Origin: Haliotis rufescens
Lineage: Eukaryota
Assembly (NCBI RefSeq): GCF_023055435.1
Contig: NW_025964223.1
Location: 23,622,001-23,686,000, forward strand
Length of the DNA stretch: 64,000 bases
Direction of reading: 5' to 3'
The notes below the pieces were generated by a model, which was given only the letters and a program-made list of their open reading frames with translations, had not been told where the DNA came from and ran no database searches. Position numbers and translations under genes: made by a program. Positions 25,103-37,604 of the stretch are shown here, one piece after another (position 1 is the first letter of the stretch; each line of letters opens with the position of its first letter).

Positions 25103-26399
25103 CCTTTAAGAATACAAAGTTAACACTGACATACTTTTATTTTGTTGTTCGAACATACCTGTATGCAGTGGTGTTGCTGATAGTCGTCAAATGATTTATT
25201 TATCAAAAATACTTATGCAAAAAACACGGGTGTGGCCAACATCCACGCAGTTATGAAATGTGAATTTTCAAGCGTTTACTTTCTTTTACCCTTGAAGCAG
25301 CCTCAAATCAATGCCTTTAAAACTTCACTCTTTAGTGATTTGAGCCCAGGATCAGGTCACTCCCTCTACAAGGCCGAAAACACTCACTCAAAACTCAGGC
25401 CACACAGGGCTCAAATCAATCCCCTACATTTTTCATAGTATTCTACTTCCTCTGTTCAGTTTTAGCATACATTGCTGAAGCTTTCATGATCAGATGTTCA
25501 AGCCACCTTACCCGAAAAGGTCGTACCTTTTTGTTCAATTATCAACTTACATTCTAATTTGTGAAATTATACAGTCCTCTTTAGTTATTTTTCTTCTGAT
25601 CATAATAATTATATCAGGGTTAAAGTTCGAGGTATGAACAAAATCAGATGCGTCTATGCAACTGTATATACCCATACAGAATATATGTAAGTTATATTTC
25701 TCCTAGTCCTTTTTTAGAATGAATTATATGATTTTGAGTTCATAATACTAAAAGTCAGAGGATATTATAATTGAACACTGTATCCTCTTTACTTAACATG
25801 TACATGTTAAATCAACATACTTCGGTCGCGCTTTCCCATTACCTAGTACCATCTGTACTTTCGATCTTCTGCTTCTTGGGCCGGGGATTGAGTTGGGCAT
25901 ACTGCATCGCCAGTATCATACAGAATGACAACCTTCACACTTCACACAATCACTCATTAGTAAAGTGATGTTTTTGCAGGTACTTCTGAATCAATTTCAT
26001 GGTGATAAAATAACGGTTTTATCACAGATTTAACTGATGAAAATATTTGGCGAGCTGTAGCTATATCACATATGTATTTAGCGAAAAAAATGCAGTTGCA
26101 CAGAATATTGTTTCTTTATCTAAGAAGTGCCGGAGTAAGGTTTCGATTTCGGAATCTTCTGTTAAGGATAAATTGATAGTGTTATTGATTTATCCATGCA
26201 CATCCGCACATAATCATGTATACACCTAGTCAACACTGCTGTTCTGCATGGCTATTGATTACAACAAGTCAAGACATTCTGTTGCTTCTCTATTAAGTTG
26301 TTCTCACAATTAATTATCTTTTGAAAATCGCCCGATACTCGCTTTCTGTCTTGGCCCCTGCGACTGTATGCTGAACCAAGCAGTTTGGCATCGCGTATA

Positions 26400-26411
26400 T
26401 TTTTTTTTTTT

Positions 26412-26442
<31 letters not shown>

Positions 26443-26444
26443 GG
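26400..26444. repeat. Poly-T/poly-G homopolymer junction
   Basis: About 22 T followed by about 23 G. Confidence 0.95.
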
Positions 26445-27249
26445 CGTGGGGGGTGGACTTTTCATGAAATTTCATGTTCAATCTTCACAAGAAAAACGAT
26501 TTCCTCAAAAACATTCATGGTCCCTGACCTTTTTCTTCAATATATAATGAATATTCTCAGCAAGTATGTTTAAGTCAGATGTTTGTTCTTACACGTAGTC
26601 AAGATCAATGGGAATATATTGTTAGGTCTGTTTTTGATGTTGTTACACCCGATAATCCGGACCTCGACAGTCAGAAAACCCGCCTTCTGTTTGCTTCTCG
26701 TCAGCATAAATGTAAACAGGCAATATTCCGTGAACATTGTTCGATAAACCGACATTTCATTATCTGGACGATTTCACTGGGCACAGTACCGTCCGGGTTA
26801 ATGTTGAGGTGATGAGAGGTGAAATGTGGTTTAACGTTGTGTTCAAGATTAATGCACTTATATACTGCGACGCGCCCGTGTGTGTGTGTGGGTGCGTGTT
26901 TGTGTTTGTGGTTGCTTGTACAAGTCCGGACTAATGGCTGCTTTGTAGTGTTAGCCAAATGATCCAGAGTCGAACAGTGCTAGTTTTATCCTTTTAAGGC
27001 CGAGCGCCAGGTAGGCTAGCAACAAGTACCATCCGAATTTACCTCTATAACAAAACGCCATTTCAACTTGTTTAACAAGTTTATGTACATACACGTAATT
27101 TATAATTTAATTAAGTCTGTAATAATCAAGTTATTTGAAAAAGACAAAACTGTTTTAATGATCGACTGGCATCAAAATGCCAAACTTCTGCTAACACACG
27201 AAGCACGCTGAATTAAACGTTTCTTAACCTGGTGTCATCACAAATTTTC

Positions 27250-28010
27250 AATTCAATTCTTTATTTATGTACGGGAGGCTAGAGGTCCATATACAATACT
27301 TATCTAGTATATAAACAATAAGATATGAGGCTGTGACATGCAGAGAATATTAATAAATTAAATCATTATATTGATCACTTTCACTGAGGATAGCGTGTTG
27401 TAGTTTATGACATTATTTCATTATTTAGACAGGAGTTGTTGCCTCATATTTAGGGCTTTAGAGACAAATAAATGTAACTTTCAATAGTAGTCTTCTTTTG
27501 TGAAGAAAAAGATTTTACAAAAGACAGCAAGAACCATTGTGCAATCTTCTTCCCGAGGCAACGGAGTTAAATGACTATAAACGTCCAGTTTCCACCCTTG
27601 CCGAACCAGGCTAGACTTATAGAGTTATGTTTTGGCTGGCCTAACGAACCTATGCACAGTCCAATACAAATCGCGTCATATTCGGTTGGTAAATAACATG
27701 CCATGCCATTTCAGTCGATTTGCAGAGCATGTGTACTGGGAGTCTACAGATACTTTCTAAATCTGTTCATGTTGTATTAACTTGCTGAAGTGATTTGATT
27801 ACAATATAGATCTTAGTCATCGATCATATTGTCTTGACTGGGTGCCGCCATTATTTTTAAAACAAACCCAAGAGATATGAGAGTTAACTTACGATAATCG
27901 TCCAGTTTCCACTATTGCCGAAGTAGTCAGGAATTATGGAGTTATATTTTGACTGGCCTAACGGGTGATATGAGTGATACGAGCCGTGTAATCTGTTGGT
28001 CAATAGGAGG
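27250..28010 (-). mobile_element. Decayed LINE 3' fragment with local duplication
   Basis: VETGR-encoding block CGTCCAGTTTCCAC...GGCCTAACG present twice (about 27582 and 27899). Confidence 0.5.
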
Positions 28011-28494
28011 GACATAGAAGGGCCATAAGACGTAATAGCCACTGGTGTCGCTACAATCGAGCCTGCTTTAACAGTTATCCAGTTATATCACAGCGTGTCA
28101 ACTTGATATGGGAGGAAAGCCCGAAGTAGATGCAGGTATTTGACGTTTGCTACTTTGGTAAAACCTACGAGTATGGGTATGGTGCTGACAAGCGAAGAAA
28201 CGTAATGAAGGTGCATATGGGATTCGAACCCACAGTCATACTCGGTTAATAACACGCCTAAGGGACACAACTTTGCACAGCGAGTGTTAGTGCCTTCAGC
28301 GACAAGCACTAACACGATGGAAGGTAAAGAAAATGACACCATGAAAGATTGCTAATCGTCTGAACCTTTCAAGGTCAGAAAAGGACTCACATTCACGGTT
28401 GACAACGCAGCAATGAAATAGTAGAATCTTACTTCATTTACAAGTCCTTTGTGTTAATTCCTGCTACAGTAAATATCCAAATCCATATAATATT

Positions 28495-31068
28495 TACGCT
28501 GCAAAAAAAGAAATGCAAAAGTGATTTTTGAGGTATATTTTATATTTCATATAAATGATCAACAGATTGTCGGTTTAGAGTCAAGCCCCACTCAGTGACT
28601 CACTCATTTCAGAGTCAAATATACAGGTAATAATGGAATTGTCCATATAAATGAATAAATCGGACCGAAGATAGATACTCAGCAAAAGGAAATGGAACAG
28701 TGAGTTATATGTATAATATATATATCATATAAATAATCAAGAGATGGTTATGGATTGTTCAAAATTTGCACATATCATTGTCAGTGACCCAGGTTCCATA
28801 TGGCACAAATGGAACAGTATATTTTCAAGATGAAGTCAACCAAGTTGCACCAAGTCTGTTCTACAAGCGTAGGAGATGGCTGCCCACATCATCACACTGC
28901 CACCACCAAACCTGTCAACTTCGCAACCCGAAGCATAAATCGTGACTCATCACTAAACCAAACTTGTCTCCATCCCTGTTGTGGCCATACTCTGTGACCT
29001 TAACAACACTGACGTCACACCCGACGATGCAGGTCTGTCAAAATGACACCTCGAACTGGTTGTCTAGCACGAATACCTTCAGCACGTGAAGGGTTCCTCA
29101 ATATCTATGTTGATATCCTAGGCAGTTCTGTAGTAGTTGTAGAGGTAGTTGTTGAGGTGGCCATGGAGGTTCTTTCACGTAAGTGACGTAGCTGTATGAA
29201 TCTGTCCTGTGCTCTAGTAGTGATAAGTGGTTGACCGGATCTGGTCGACCGTATGTCTGTTGTAACTGCGCTAGGGCTTTAAGGGACCCTACCCTGTGAC
29301 GTCATTCTATTGTTTGAACGCTCCATTATTTTTCAGGAATGGAGAGTTGCTTGTCAACTGTACATTATCTTGAAGCAGCATTTGAATTTTTCAAATATTT
29401 TCAACTACAGTATATTTTGTCAAAGTGTAAAAGTAGGGATGAGTTTTAAGTAGGGGAATATCCTCGTAACTCTCCATTCCTTAAAAATAATGGGCCTCTG
29501 CTCCATTATTTTTAAGGAATGGCGAGTTACTCGGACATTCCCCTCTACGTATTGCCGTTCCGTATCGCCATAGTCAATGTAAGCCATGACTTTACAACTC
29601 GCCTGGTCAGGAATGGGTCACCTAAGTCAAGGACTGATTGGTCTATCGGCTGTTACACGGAACTGTCCTCAAATGCATTCATGTACCAGGCCCCAAACAC
29701 AAGAATTAACACAACACCAGGTTTACACTCACATAAGTTTGAGTCCATTGCTCAAAATAACTTCTAAACAAGACAGGGTAGGCTCGTCACAGAGTGGGAA
29801 AACGGAGTGATGGCAATGTGCCTCGGTCAACTGCAAAGCCCGCACTACTCTGCTTGTGTTTGGGGGCACGGGTGGCCCAGTCGTATAAAAGCGCCTCGAG
29901 TGGTGTGCAGAGTTGCGTCCCTTGGGCACGCCAGAAACCTATGATTGTGTGTTCAAATCCCGGTTCGCCCCGATTATGTTTCTAGGTTTTCCTAGGGTTC
30001 GTGGATTTCACCGAAGTGGTAAACGTCTGAGACCTGCATCACTTCGGGCTTTCCTCCCACATTAAGCTTACAAGCCGTGATATAACTGGAATACTGCTAA
30101 AAGCGGCGTTAAACCAAACTCATTCACTCACTCACTCTGCTTATGTTAAAGGTATATTTTTAAAGTGTTCGAGCCCGACCTGTCTTTATCACATGTCCTA
30201 ATACATCATTCGTTAAGACAACATGCCAGACCATCAATACGCTATTGTGTCGTAATGGCAAATGTCTGAGACTTGCTAACCGATTCGCCGTTTACTGATT
30301 CCCTTAATGATCTTATGCATTCTATATATCTATTACTTCTGTCTTTCATATCTCATAAGTCCTCCTAATTTATATATTCTGTATCTACTGATTTATCAAC
30401 ACGCAACTACAGCATCGAAGCAAGCCCACACTAATGTGTTCTAGATCTGACCCCCCTGATTAATTGAATGACAACGACAACTTCAAAACAATCATAATGG
30501 TAAATGGGAAATGCCTTTTCACTATTTATTCCCTTTTATGTTTGTGTTACTCCGAGCCTTTCTGTCACAATGTCTCTTTACCCAACCATGACATTGATAA
30601 AGTTATCGCGACTGTAATGATCATATCCTTCTTATATTTTTTTAATGGTTTGGGGATGCATTTTAACCTATAACTTGTCTGATAACAGTTTCACATTATT
30701 GTAATGGTGCTTGGTGCTACGTGGAAAAAAACTGGCTACAGCTGAAGATGATTCTCCTGTGTCCAGTCGGTTGCATGCGTTGTTGCGTTGGGCTTCCATC
30801 AGTCGTGGCATGTTTTCACTGTTCACTTGTAAGATTGTGATGGCATGCAAATGAAAACCCAACATTTTTATTTCCCATCAACTGATGTTGCACATTCATG
30901 TCGTCATGATGGTGTGTTTCGGCGCCAAGCTCTCACGTGGTTGTGTTTTCGATCTTTTCACTAAATTCCTGTAGTACCTCATTCTTTCCACACAAACCAA
31001 TCCCTATCCATGCAGAAATGACCAATTCATTTTTTATGTTACTGCTTTTGCGGGCTTTTTTGCAGAAT
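28495..31068 (-). mobile_element. Tc1-like transposon split by about 1.4 kb of insertions
   Basis: TIR-like ends CTGCAAAAAAAGAAATGCAAAAG and CTTTTGCGGGCTTTTTTGCAG; N-terminus MPRLMEAQRNNA...GESSSAVA (about 30810); RSG(R)P-type motif near 29240; WFSDESRF near 28950. Confidence 0.8.
29862..30133 (+). mobile_element. SINE family D, full length
   Basis: TSD ACTCTGCTT(G/A)TGTT at 29847-29860 and 30134-30147; ACTC tail. Confidence 0.92.
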
Positions 31069-31307
31069 ATATAGATGTAGATCTTTCTACTGCTGATAGA
31101 AACGGAAGTTAATGATTCCCTGGTACTCGTTCATACGAGGCACAGGCATTTGAAACATGGAACTGTAAATAGTGTTTACACGTTTTTCCAAATGAAAATC
31201 TTTAACAGTAGCTGCCTCAGAAATTGGCACACCTTGAGCATGTCATGTTACTTTCGCTCAAAAAGTCAGTCAGTTCATTATCTCAAGGTATAGGCTGTTC
31301 GATATCA

Positions 31308-31527
31308 GTGTGTTTAACGCTGTACTCAGAAAAATTCAGGCTAAAATAACTGTAAATAAACACGTAGATGTATGGACTAGAAAAGCCAGTGATTGTCATC
31401 ATGAGCATCGATCTACGCATTTGGACACATTGACATCAACCAAGTCACCTAATCTCACCACCCTTTTAGTCACCTCTTACGGCAAGAATGGGTTGCTGAA
31501 GATCAGTTCCAACCAAGATCTTCACGC
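31308..31527 (-). mobile_element. Old degenerate family B copy
   Basis: GGGTTGCTGAAGAT...GATCTTCACG and CATGAGCATCGATC blocks. Confidence 0.8.
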
Positions 31528-32290
31528 GTGTCAAAACAGTATTTCATCACATAATCTGAAATTAAAAGACGGTTTTAGCATGATATTTTCACAAATCTTA
31601 CTTGCCACTGTCCCCATGCAAACACGTTGACTTTCATCAGAAGGACGGATTCATATTTATTCAAGTCTTTATTCAAACGAAAGTTGTTCTTTAGACGTCA
31701 GAAGCTTCAAATGTAATATTATGCATGCCGCTAGTAACCTGTCTAAAAGTCCATGTCAAAGGGTTTTGTATTGGTAGCGTCCGACGATTCTTGTCAGTTT
31801 TAGTTGCACTGATATAGTGATAGTAGGAGTGAGTTATTTATTATAGATCATCCACAAGTGTTTGATTATTGTATGGTCAAACAGAAGTATTCACAGTTCT
31901 GTGTGTTTTCTTATTTGCGATAATTTGTATTTTGAGTACTATAAGAAGTTATTCGCGCATATGAAATGATTATTTACACGTGGAAGGATACTTGTAATGG
32001 CTAAAAGGTCGTCTCTCTTACAGTTAACACAAATTGATATGAATTGTTAGAGATGATGACACAGAGTATATTTGGGAAATATAAATAAACCACTCAACAC
32101 ATGGGATGTATGTCTGGGCTGTTATTGTTAATTTCATTTGGGACATAAGGTCCGTTGTGTAGTAATTAAGCATATCCTAATATGTAAGTATGCTACCTCT
32201 TCTCAATTATTGACTATCATCATTTATGTGTTCTTTCAAGTTATTGATGCCGCTCTGTTAGCTATTTCTGTAAATCATCATTCTTACCAG

Positions 32291-32447
32291 GTGAGGGAAC
32301 GCCAATGGATCTTTGGGACTTTCGAGGATGGCCCCGTATACCACAAAACGAACATCTAGCAGAGCCTCTTATTATGACTCCACACCTCATGAAGCACATG
32401 TATCCGCATCCAAAGCTGCTTGTCATCCTCAGGAGCCCTGCTGACAG
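32291..32447 (+). CDS. CHST15-like: CHST15-like coding exon 4 (start of 3'-PB motif)
   Basis: ttaccAG acceptor; GEGTPMDLWDFRGWPRIPQN...TPHLMKHMYPHPKLLVILRSPADR; donor AG|GTAGGT; phase 1 to 2. Confidence 0.94.
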
Positions 32448-32780
32448 GTAGGTGTCGGGTGAAGACCCATGAACACCTCTGCCGTTTAGGTGTTACATTA
32501 AATCAGGAACACATCTGACAGGTACGTATAACGTAAATTCTCATGACCACTGCTGCCATGTAGGTGTTCCGTTAAGTCAGGAACAATTTTGACAGGTAGG
32601 TATCAGGTAAAATCTCACGAACTCTGCTGTCGTTTAGGTGTTACCTTAAATCAGGAACACTGCTGACAGGTAGGTATTGGGTAAACTCTTATGAACCCTG
32701 CTGCCGTGTAGGTGCTAGGTTAAATAAGGATCCCCGCTGACAGGTATGCATCAAGTGACGTCAGAACCTTTGCTGACAGT
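32431..32780 (+). repeat. 74-bp minisatellite (37-bp subunits) overlapping the exon-4 donor
   Basis: AGGA starts at 32431, 32505, 32579, 32653, 32727; each unit contains TGACAG|GTA. Confidence 0.9.
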
Positions 32781-33287
32781 TGACAGAGGCACAGAGTAGC
32801 GTCCCCAATGTGTGCAAGGATCCACTGGTGAGTTCGAATTCAAAATTCATCCCGATTATGCTCCTTGGTCTACAAGCACTGCATCATTTAACAAAAATAA
32901 TTAAGTACTCGGTGACTGAAAGCATGATCAACGATTCATTGGGTAAATATGTTTCCTTAAACCCATAGGTCACAAGGCAAAGGAAAGAGCTTGACCATAG
33001 TAATGGTGGTGTCTTTGTAATTCTGGTTCGTGAGCAAACCGCCCTGGTCAATTTAAGGAAGAAGTGATCTACAAATATGAATTGTAAAAGAAATGGATTG
33101 TAACAGACAAATGGCTAAAGCCAACGGATAATCTAGGGCATTTGCTATTTGATTTGTTTAACAACCATCAGTGGCCAGTTTGAAGCACTTAAGAAATTAA
33201 TAGAAAGGTTATCAATGCAGTAACATATCTTCCAAGATGAAAAGAGTTTTTTTAGGAAACAATATATGTGTCTTTCGATCACTTCAG

Positions 33288-33441
33288 ATTATACTCCGAC
33301 TACTATTTTCTTGGATATGGGAATTCCCCGGAGAGGTTCCACAAAGATGCAATAAGGGCAGTAGCCATGATTGAAAACTGTCAAAAAACAAGGACCACGA
33401 AACAGTGTATCTTCGATATGGATATGTACGTCAATTTGCCG
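33288..33441 (+). CDS. CHST15-like: CHST15-like coding exon 5
   Basis: cttcAG acceptor; RLYSDYYFLGYGNSPERFH...CIFDMDMYVNLP; donor GTAAGA; phase 2 to 0. Confidence 0.94.
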
Positions 33442-33521
33442 GTAAGAACATTTCATGATAATATGAAGACAACTAACATATATTTGATGATTAAGTTTAT
33501 TATACTGCTACCAACCTGTTA

Positions 33522-34695
33522 TATATACTTAAGTGTGACTTCTCTATTGTTTACATTAACAATCTTCGTTATTCAAATATGGACCAAAACATCGTGACCA
33601 GCCTCCTACCAATGGGGATGACAACTTTAACATCTGTATGGTGGCTGTCGGAGCATTCGCCGAACAATGGGTCAAACGAGAAGTGGAACCTGTTTAATGT
33701 ATTTCAGGGCGGGTTATATCTGTGTGTGATGTTGTCATTGGTAAAATGCACAAACTGAAAAAAGATGAAACAGAATTGGAATAAACCCATTCTCTTCTTA
33801 CAGCCAGCTATGATCCATAGTCTGGCTGCCCTACCTGAAAAGTTTGTAGGGTTTTTTTTCACTGACGTAATCCAAATAACATAACCGTCGTATGTAAGCA
33901 TCACTATATTAATTGTGCTATCAACGTACTTGGCATAAGTGACAAACACATACAAGGCAAGTACGCTAACTGCCAAAACCAAGCAACAGTACTATCAACT
34001 TTTGAATTGACTCTGAAGCACGAAAACAGCGCCACAAAAAGCTGTACAAAGAGAAATATTGCTGGGTCTAACAAATACACACCATATCCCTGTCTTTAAG
34101 ATTAACCATAATCTTTAATACCATCAAAGAATGACTTATATACTCACAAGTGACTTCTCTATTGTTGATATTAACAATCTTCGTCAGTTATTCAAATATT
34201 GACCAAAACACCGTGACCAGCTTCCTGTACATGTACCAATGAGGATCACAACCTTAACATCAGTATGGTTGCTGTCGGAGCATTAACCAAATAAATGGGT
34301 CAAAAGATAAGAGGAACCTACTTAATGTGTTTAAGGGCGGGGTAAGTCAGTGTGCGATGTTGTCATTGGTAAAATGCACACACTGAAAAAGAGAATTGGA
34401 ATAAACCCATTCTCTTACAGCCATCCGTCATCCGAAGTCTGGCTGCCATACCTGAAGCATCACTATATTAATTGTGTGATCACAGACCTTTGTGTTTTAC
34501 ATACAAATGAGGCCAGTACGCTAACTGCCAAAGCCAAGCATCAGTAGAATCAACTTTTGAATTGACTCTGAAGCCTGAAAGAGCGCCACAAAAAGTTGTA
34601 AAGAGAAAGACAAATTGTTGGGTCTAACAAATGCACCACCAAATCCCCGTCTCAATGATTAACAATGATCCTTACTATCATCACAGGAGGACTTT
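33522..34695 (+). repeat. Intronic tandem duplication (about 33522-34135 and 34138-34695)
   Basis: Shared GTGACTTCTCTATTGTT, GACCAAAACA, GAATTGGAATAAACCCATTCTCTT and TCAACTTTTGAATTGACTCTGAAGC blocks in the same order. Confidence 0.9.
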
Positions 34696-34832
34696 TACTT
34701 TAATTCACAAAAAGACATTTCCGAATTACTACCATGTGGATTCTCAAAACTTTAAAGGGTTTGTTGCAGTCTCAGAAAAGAACCAAATTCTAATATGTCA
34801 AAACATTTAATATTTCAACTTTTCACCCCACT

Positions 34833-35093
34833 TTGTTTGCTTGTTTGTTGTTAAACACCGCACTCAGCAATATTCAAGCTATATGACGGCGGTCTGTAAA
34901 TAATCGAGTCGGGACCAGACAATCCAGTGATTGACCTCATGAACATCGATCTACGCAATTGGGATATGCTGCCATGCATCAACCAAGTCAGCGTGCCTGA
35001 CCACCCGATCCCGTTAGTCGCCTCTTACGACAAGCAAAGTCGCGATTTACGGCAAGCATTGGTTGCTGAAGACCTATTCTACCCCGGATCTTC
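34833..35093 (-). mobile_element. Family B retroposon, missing a few 5' nucleotides
   Basis: Reverse complement of the 14172 copy. Confidence 0.92.
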
Positions 35094-35559
35094 AATCCAC
35101 TATACCACATGACAATCGTAAGGGAAAACTTCGTTCTTTGATCCATGGGGCATTTGTTAAATAAATGCCATGACCATAGATATAGACATATTTATCTTCA
35201 GAGGTTCTGGTTAATTTGTCAAACTTAACACAAATGCCTTCTGAAGTTTGCTGAGAAAACAATTTAGCATCCAAAACTGATTCCCACTGGAGATATCGCT
35301 TGGGTGAGATAAGCGATATCTACAATGCAGTGAAATTGCATCACAGTGGTTTGCGGAACATTGTGACATCATTGGTTACCATTACGTCACAATCAAACGA
35401 CATCACTAATGGCTCTGCTGCTGAAGCTGTTAGCAATACTTTTTTACACTTAAGACACTTATTACTGTCTAAAAAACGAAAATGTTGGAAGAATGATGCA
35501 TGATAAAAAAAATCTCACCCTCGTGTCTTTTGATGTCAAAAGACACTCGGGTGAGATTC

Positions 35560-36050
35560 TGTATATGTGAAATGCTAGACTTCCTCATTGTGACATGCAT
35601 GTAAATGTTGGGGTAAGACATTTCGGCAAGCAGCAGGCATCCCCATGGGCACCAGTTGTGCTCCCCTTTTCGCTGATCTCTTTCGTTATGCATATGAATC
35701 GGAATTTCTGCTCGGATTGGCAAAGTCTTAACAAAGTAATTTGGCCAAGGAGTTTAACTTGGGCTTCAGGTTTGTCGATTATATGAAAGCGTTTCAATAA
35801 CCATCATTTACAATGTAGCCAATTTCCTTCCACTGATTTAAGCTGACAGGCCATGATATCATTGGAATACTGCTCAAAGCAACCTTTAACCAAACTCACT
35901 CACGACACTGATTTAACCATTAATTTTGAAATAAAGGAGACCAGTGGGATCATCTCGTCTGTTTCATATTGAGATCTATGCATAAAGATGCAGAAGACTG
36001 TATGACAAGAGAAATGACTTTCCAATAGTCAACTTTGGGCAATATTCCAT
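35560..36050 (+). mobile_element. Penelope-like reverse transcriptase remnant in intron 5
   Basis: FRQAAGIPMGTSCAPLFADLFRYAYESEF...FRFVD; EIKET...RLYDKRNDFPIVNF; a SINE tail interrupts at 35815-35905. Confidence 0.85.
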
Positions 36051-36104
36051 CAGTTCAAAAACCTCAACAAGATGATCTTTACTTTTATTTATCCTTTGTT
36101 TCAG

Positions 36105-36252
36105 ATGCGAATTCACATTAGCTGCTACTCAGTGTTTATGAAGGAATGGATGAGAGTCTTCCCAAGAGAAAGTTTTCTGGTCCTGCGAAACGAAGACTAT
36201 GGGCATGATATAAAAAATCATATGAGTATGGTTTTCAGCTTTCTCAATATGA
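36105..36252 (+). CDS. CHST15-like: CHST15-like coding exon 6
   Basis: tgtttcAG acceptor; MRIHISCYSVFMKEWMRVFPRESFLVLRNEDY...VFSFLNM; donor GTAAGT; phase 0 to 1. Confidence 0.94.
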
Positions 36253-36770
36253 GTAAGTAATGTGTATTTTTTAATGTGTTTTTCATGTTTGCAATTAAAC
36301 ACTTATTGAACAAGAGAACAATAAATACTTCTATTATGAGTAAGAAAGTGAATTTGGTTTGACGCCGTTTGACAGTATCTGAGTTGTACCACATGTCACA
36401 TGTATATCTTTAACCTCAGCATGCATGGTTTTGATCTTCGCATGAATAGCATTGGCGTCATTTGTAAAGCTCTGATCTTTATCATTGGCGTCTGCATGTA
36501 TAGCATTGGTGCCTGCACATATAGAATTAACCTATACATGCACATGTTACGCCTCAACCTGTCAAATTCTACATTGATGACATGGACATATATATGGATA
36601 GTTTTGATTTCTAAGGCACATAAGTCAGTTCAGTTTATGTAAATATATGAACTTGATATGCATTATTAAACTGTTCCATACAGGTGTTAACCTTATTTAA
36701 ACACCAACGTGAAGTGGTATAAGACCTGTCACAATCCTTCAGTATTCTGATAACGTGTTTTCTCTTCAAG

Positions 36771-36961
36771 GTCGGTTACCGGATGAAGATATGGACGTGA
36801 TATCTAACGCAAAGAGGAAGCACGTGACACAATCCAAGAAGAACAAAGGACCGATGATGGAATCCACACGTGTTTTATTAAACAAGTTCTTTGAGCCATT
36901 TAATAAGGAATTAGCGACATTGTTACAAGATGACCGATTCTTATGGAAGGATAATAACTGA
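36771..36961 (+). CDS. CHST15-like: CHST15-like terminal coding exon 7
   Basis: ctcttcaAG acceptor; ...GPMMESTRVLLNKFFEPFNKELATLLQDDRFLWKDNN*. Total CDS 1269 nt = 422 aa plus stop. Confidence 0.94.
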
Positions 36962-37497
36962 AGTTTACTAGGCGAAGTCTGGTGAATTAATACTTTGGCA
37001 AATTAACTTAAATTATGTATAATGTGTGCCACAAAAAAATACTGACATGAGCCATGCCATTCCTTCATTTCATCACTGTCATGTTAACAATTAGTGTATG
37101 TGCTCATAATATTTAATCACAATAGGCGATGGCCACACTGTCTATGCAAACGAGAATCTACGTGCATTATAATATGAGTGAGTGGGTGGTTGTGTTTTTC
37201 TCGTTATATTACAACATGAAGTTTAATCAACACAGTGGATAATATGATCTCGGGTGTTCAAGTCTACTGTTCAAACACATAGGAACCTCAAGTTATAAGG
37301 ATGTTATAAATATTTGATTTGAATTTTAATCTGTTTCATCACTGACTGACTTGATGTCAAAGATTCTATTTTCAAATTGCCTACGCCCCTTAATCTTTAA
37401 TTTGAGTTAAGATGACCCACTTTATTATTACACAAGCAGTACTAAGATTGTAAGGGTGGTATTGCTTACGTCGCAGAGTCGTGTACGTATTTCCCTG

Positions 37498-37604
37498 GGT
37501 GCCGTTGTACAAAACAACCTCAGCGCTACGACTGTCGTAATTCTATGTTAAGGTATGGGAGTTACGACCACCTTAGCGCTAAGATCGCTTTGTACAACGG
37601 CACC
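37498..37604. mobile_element. PIF/Harbinger-like MITE
   Basis: 16-bp perfect TIR GGTGCCGTTGTACAAA; 3-bp TSD CTG. Confidence 0.85.

Noticed and set aside
32431-32780. CRISPR-like array
   Set aside because: Eukaryotic intron; the 'spacers' are homologous to each other, so it is a minisatellite.
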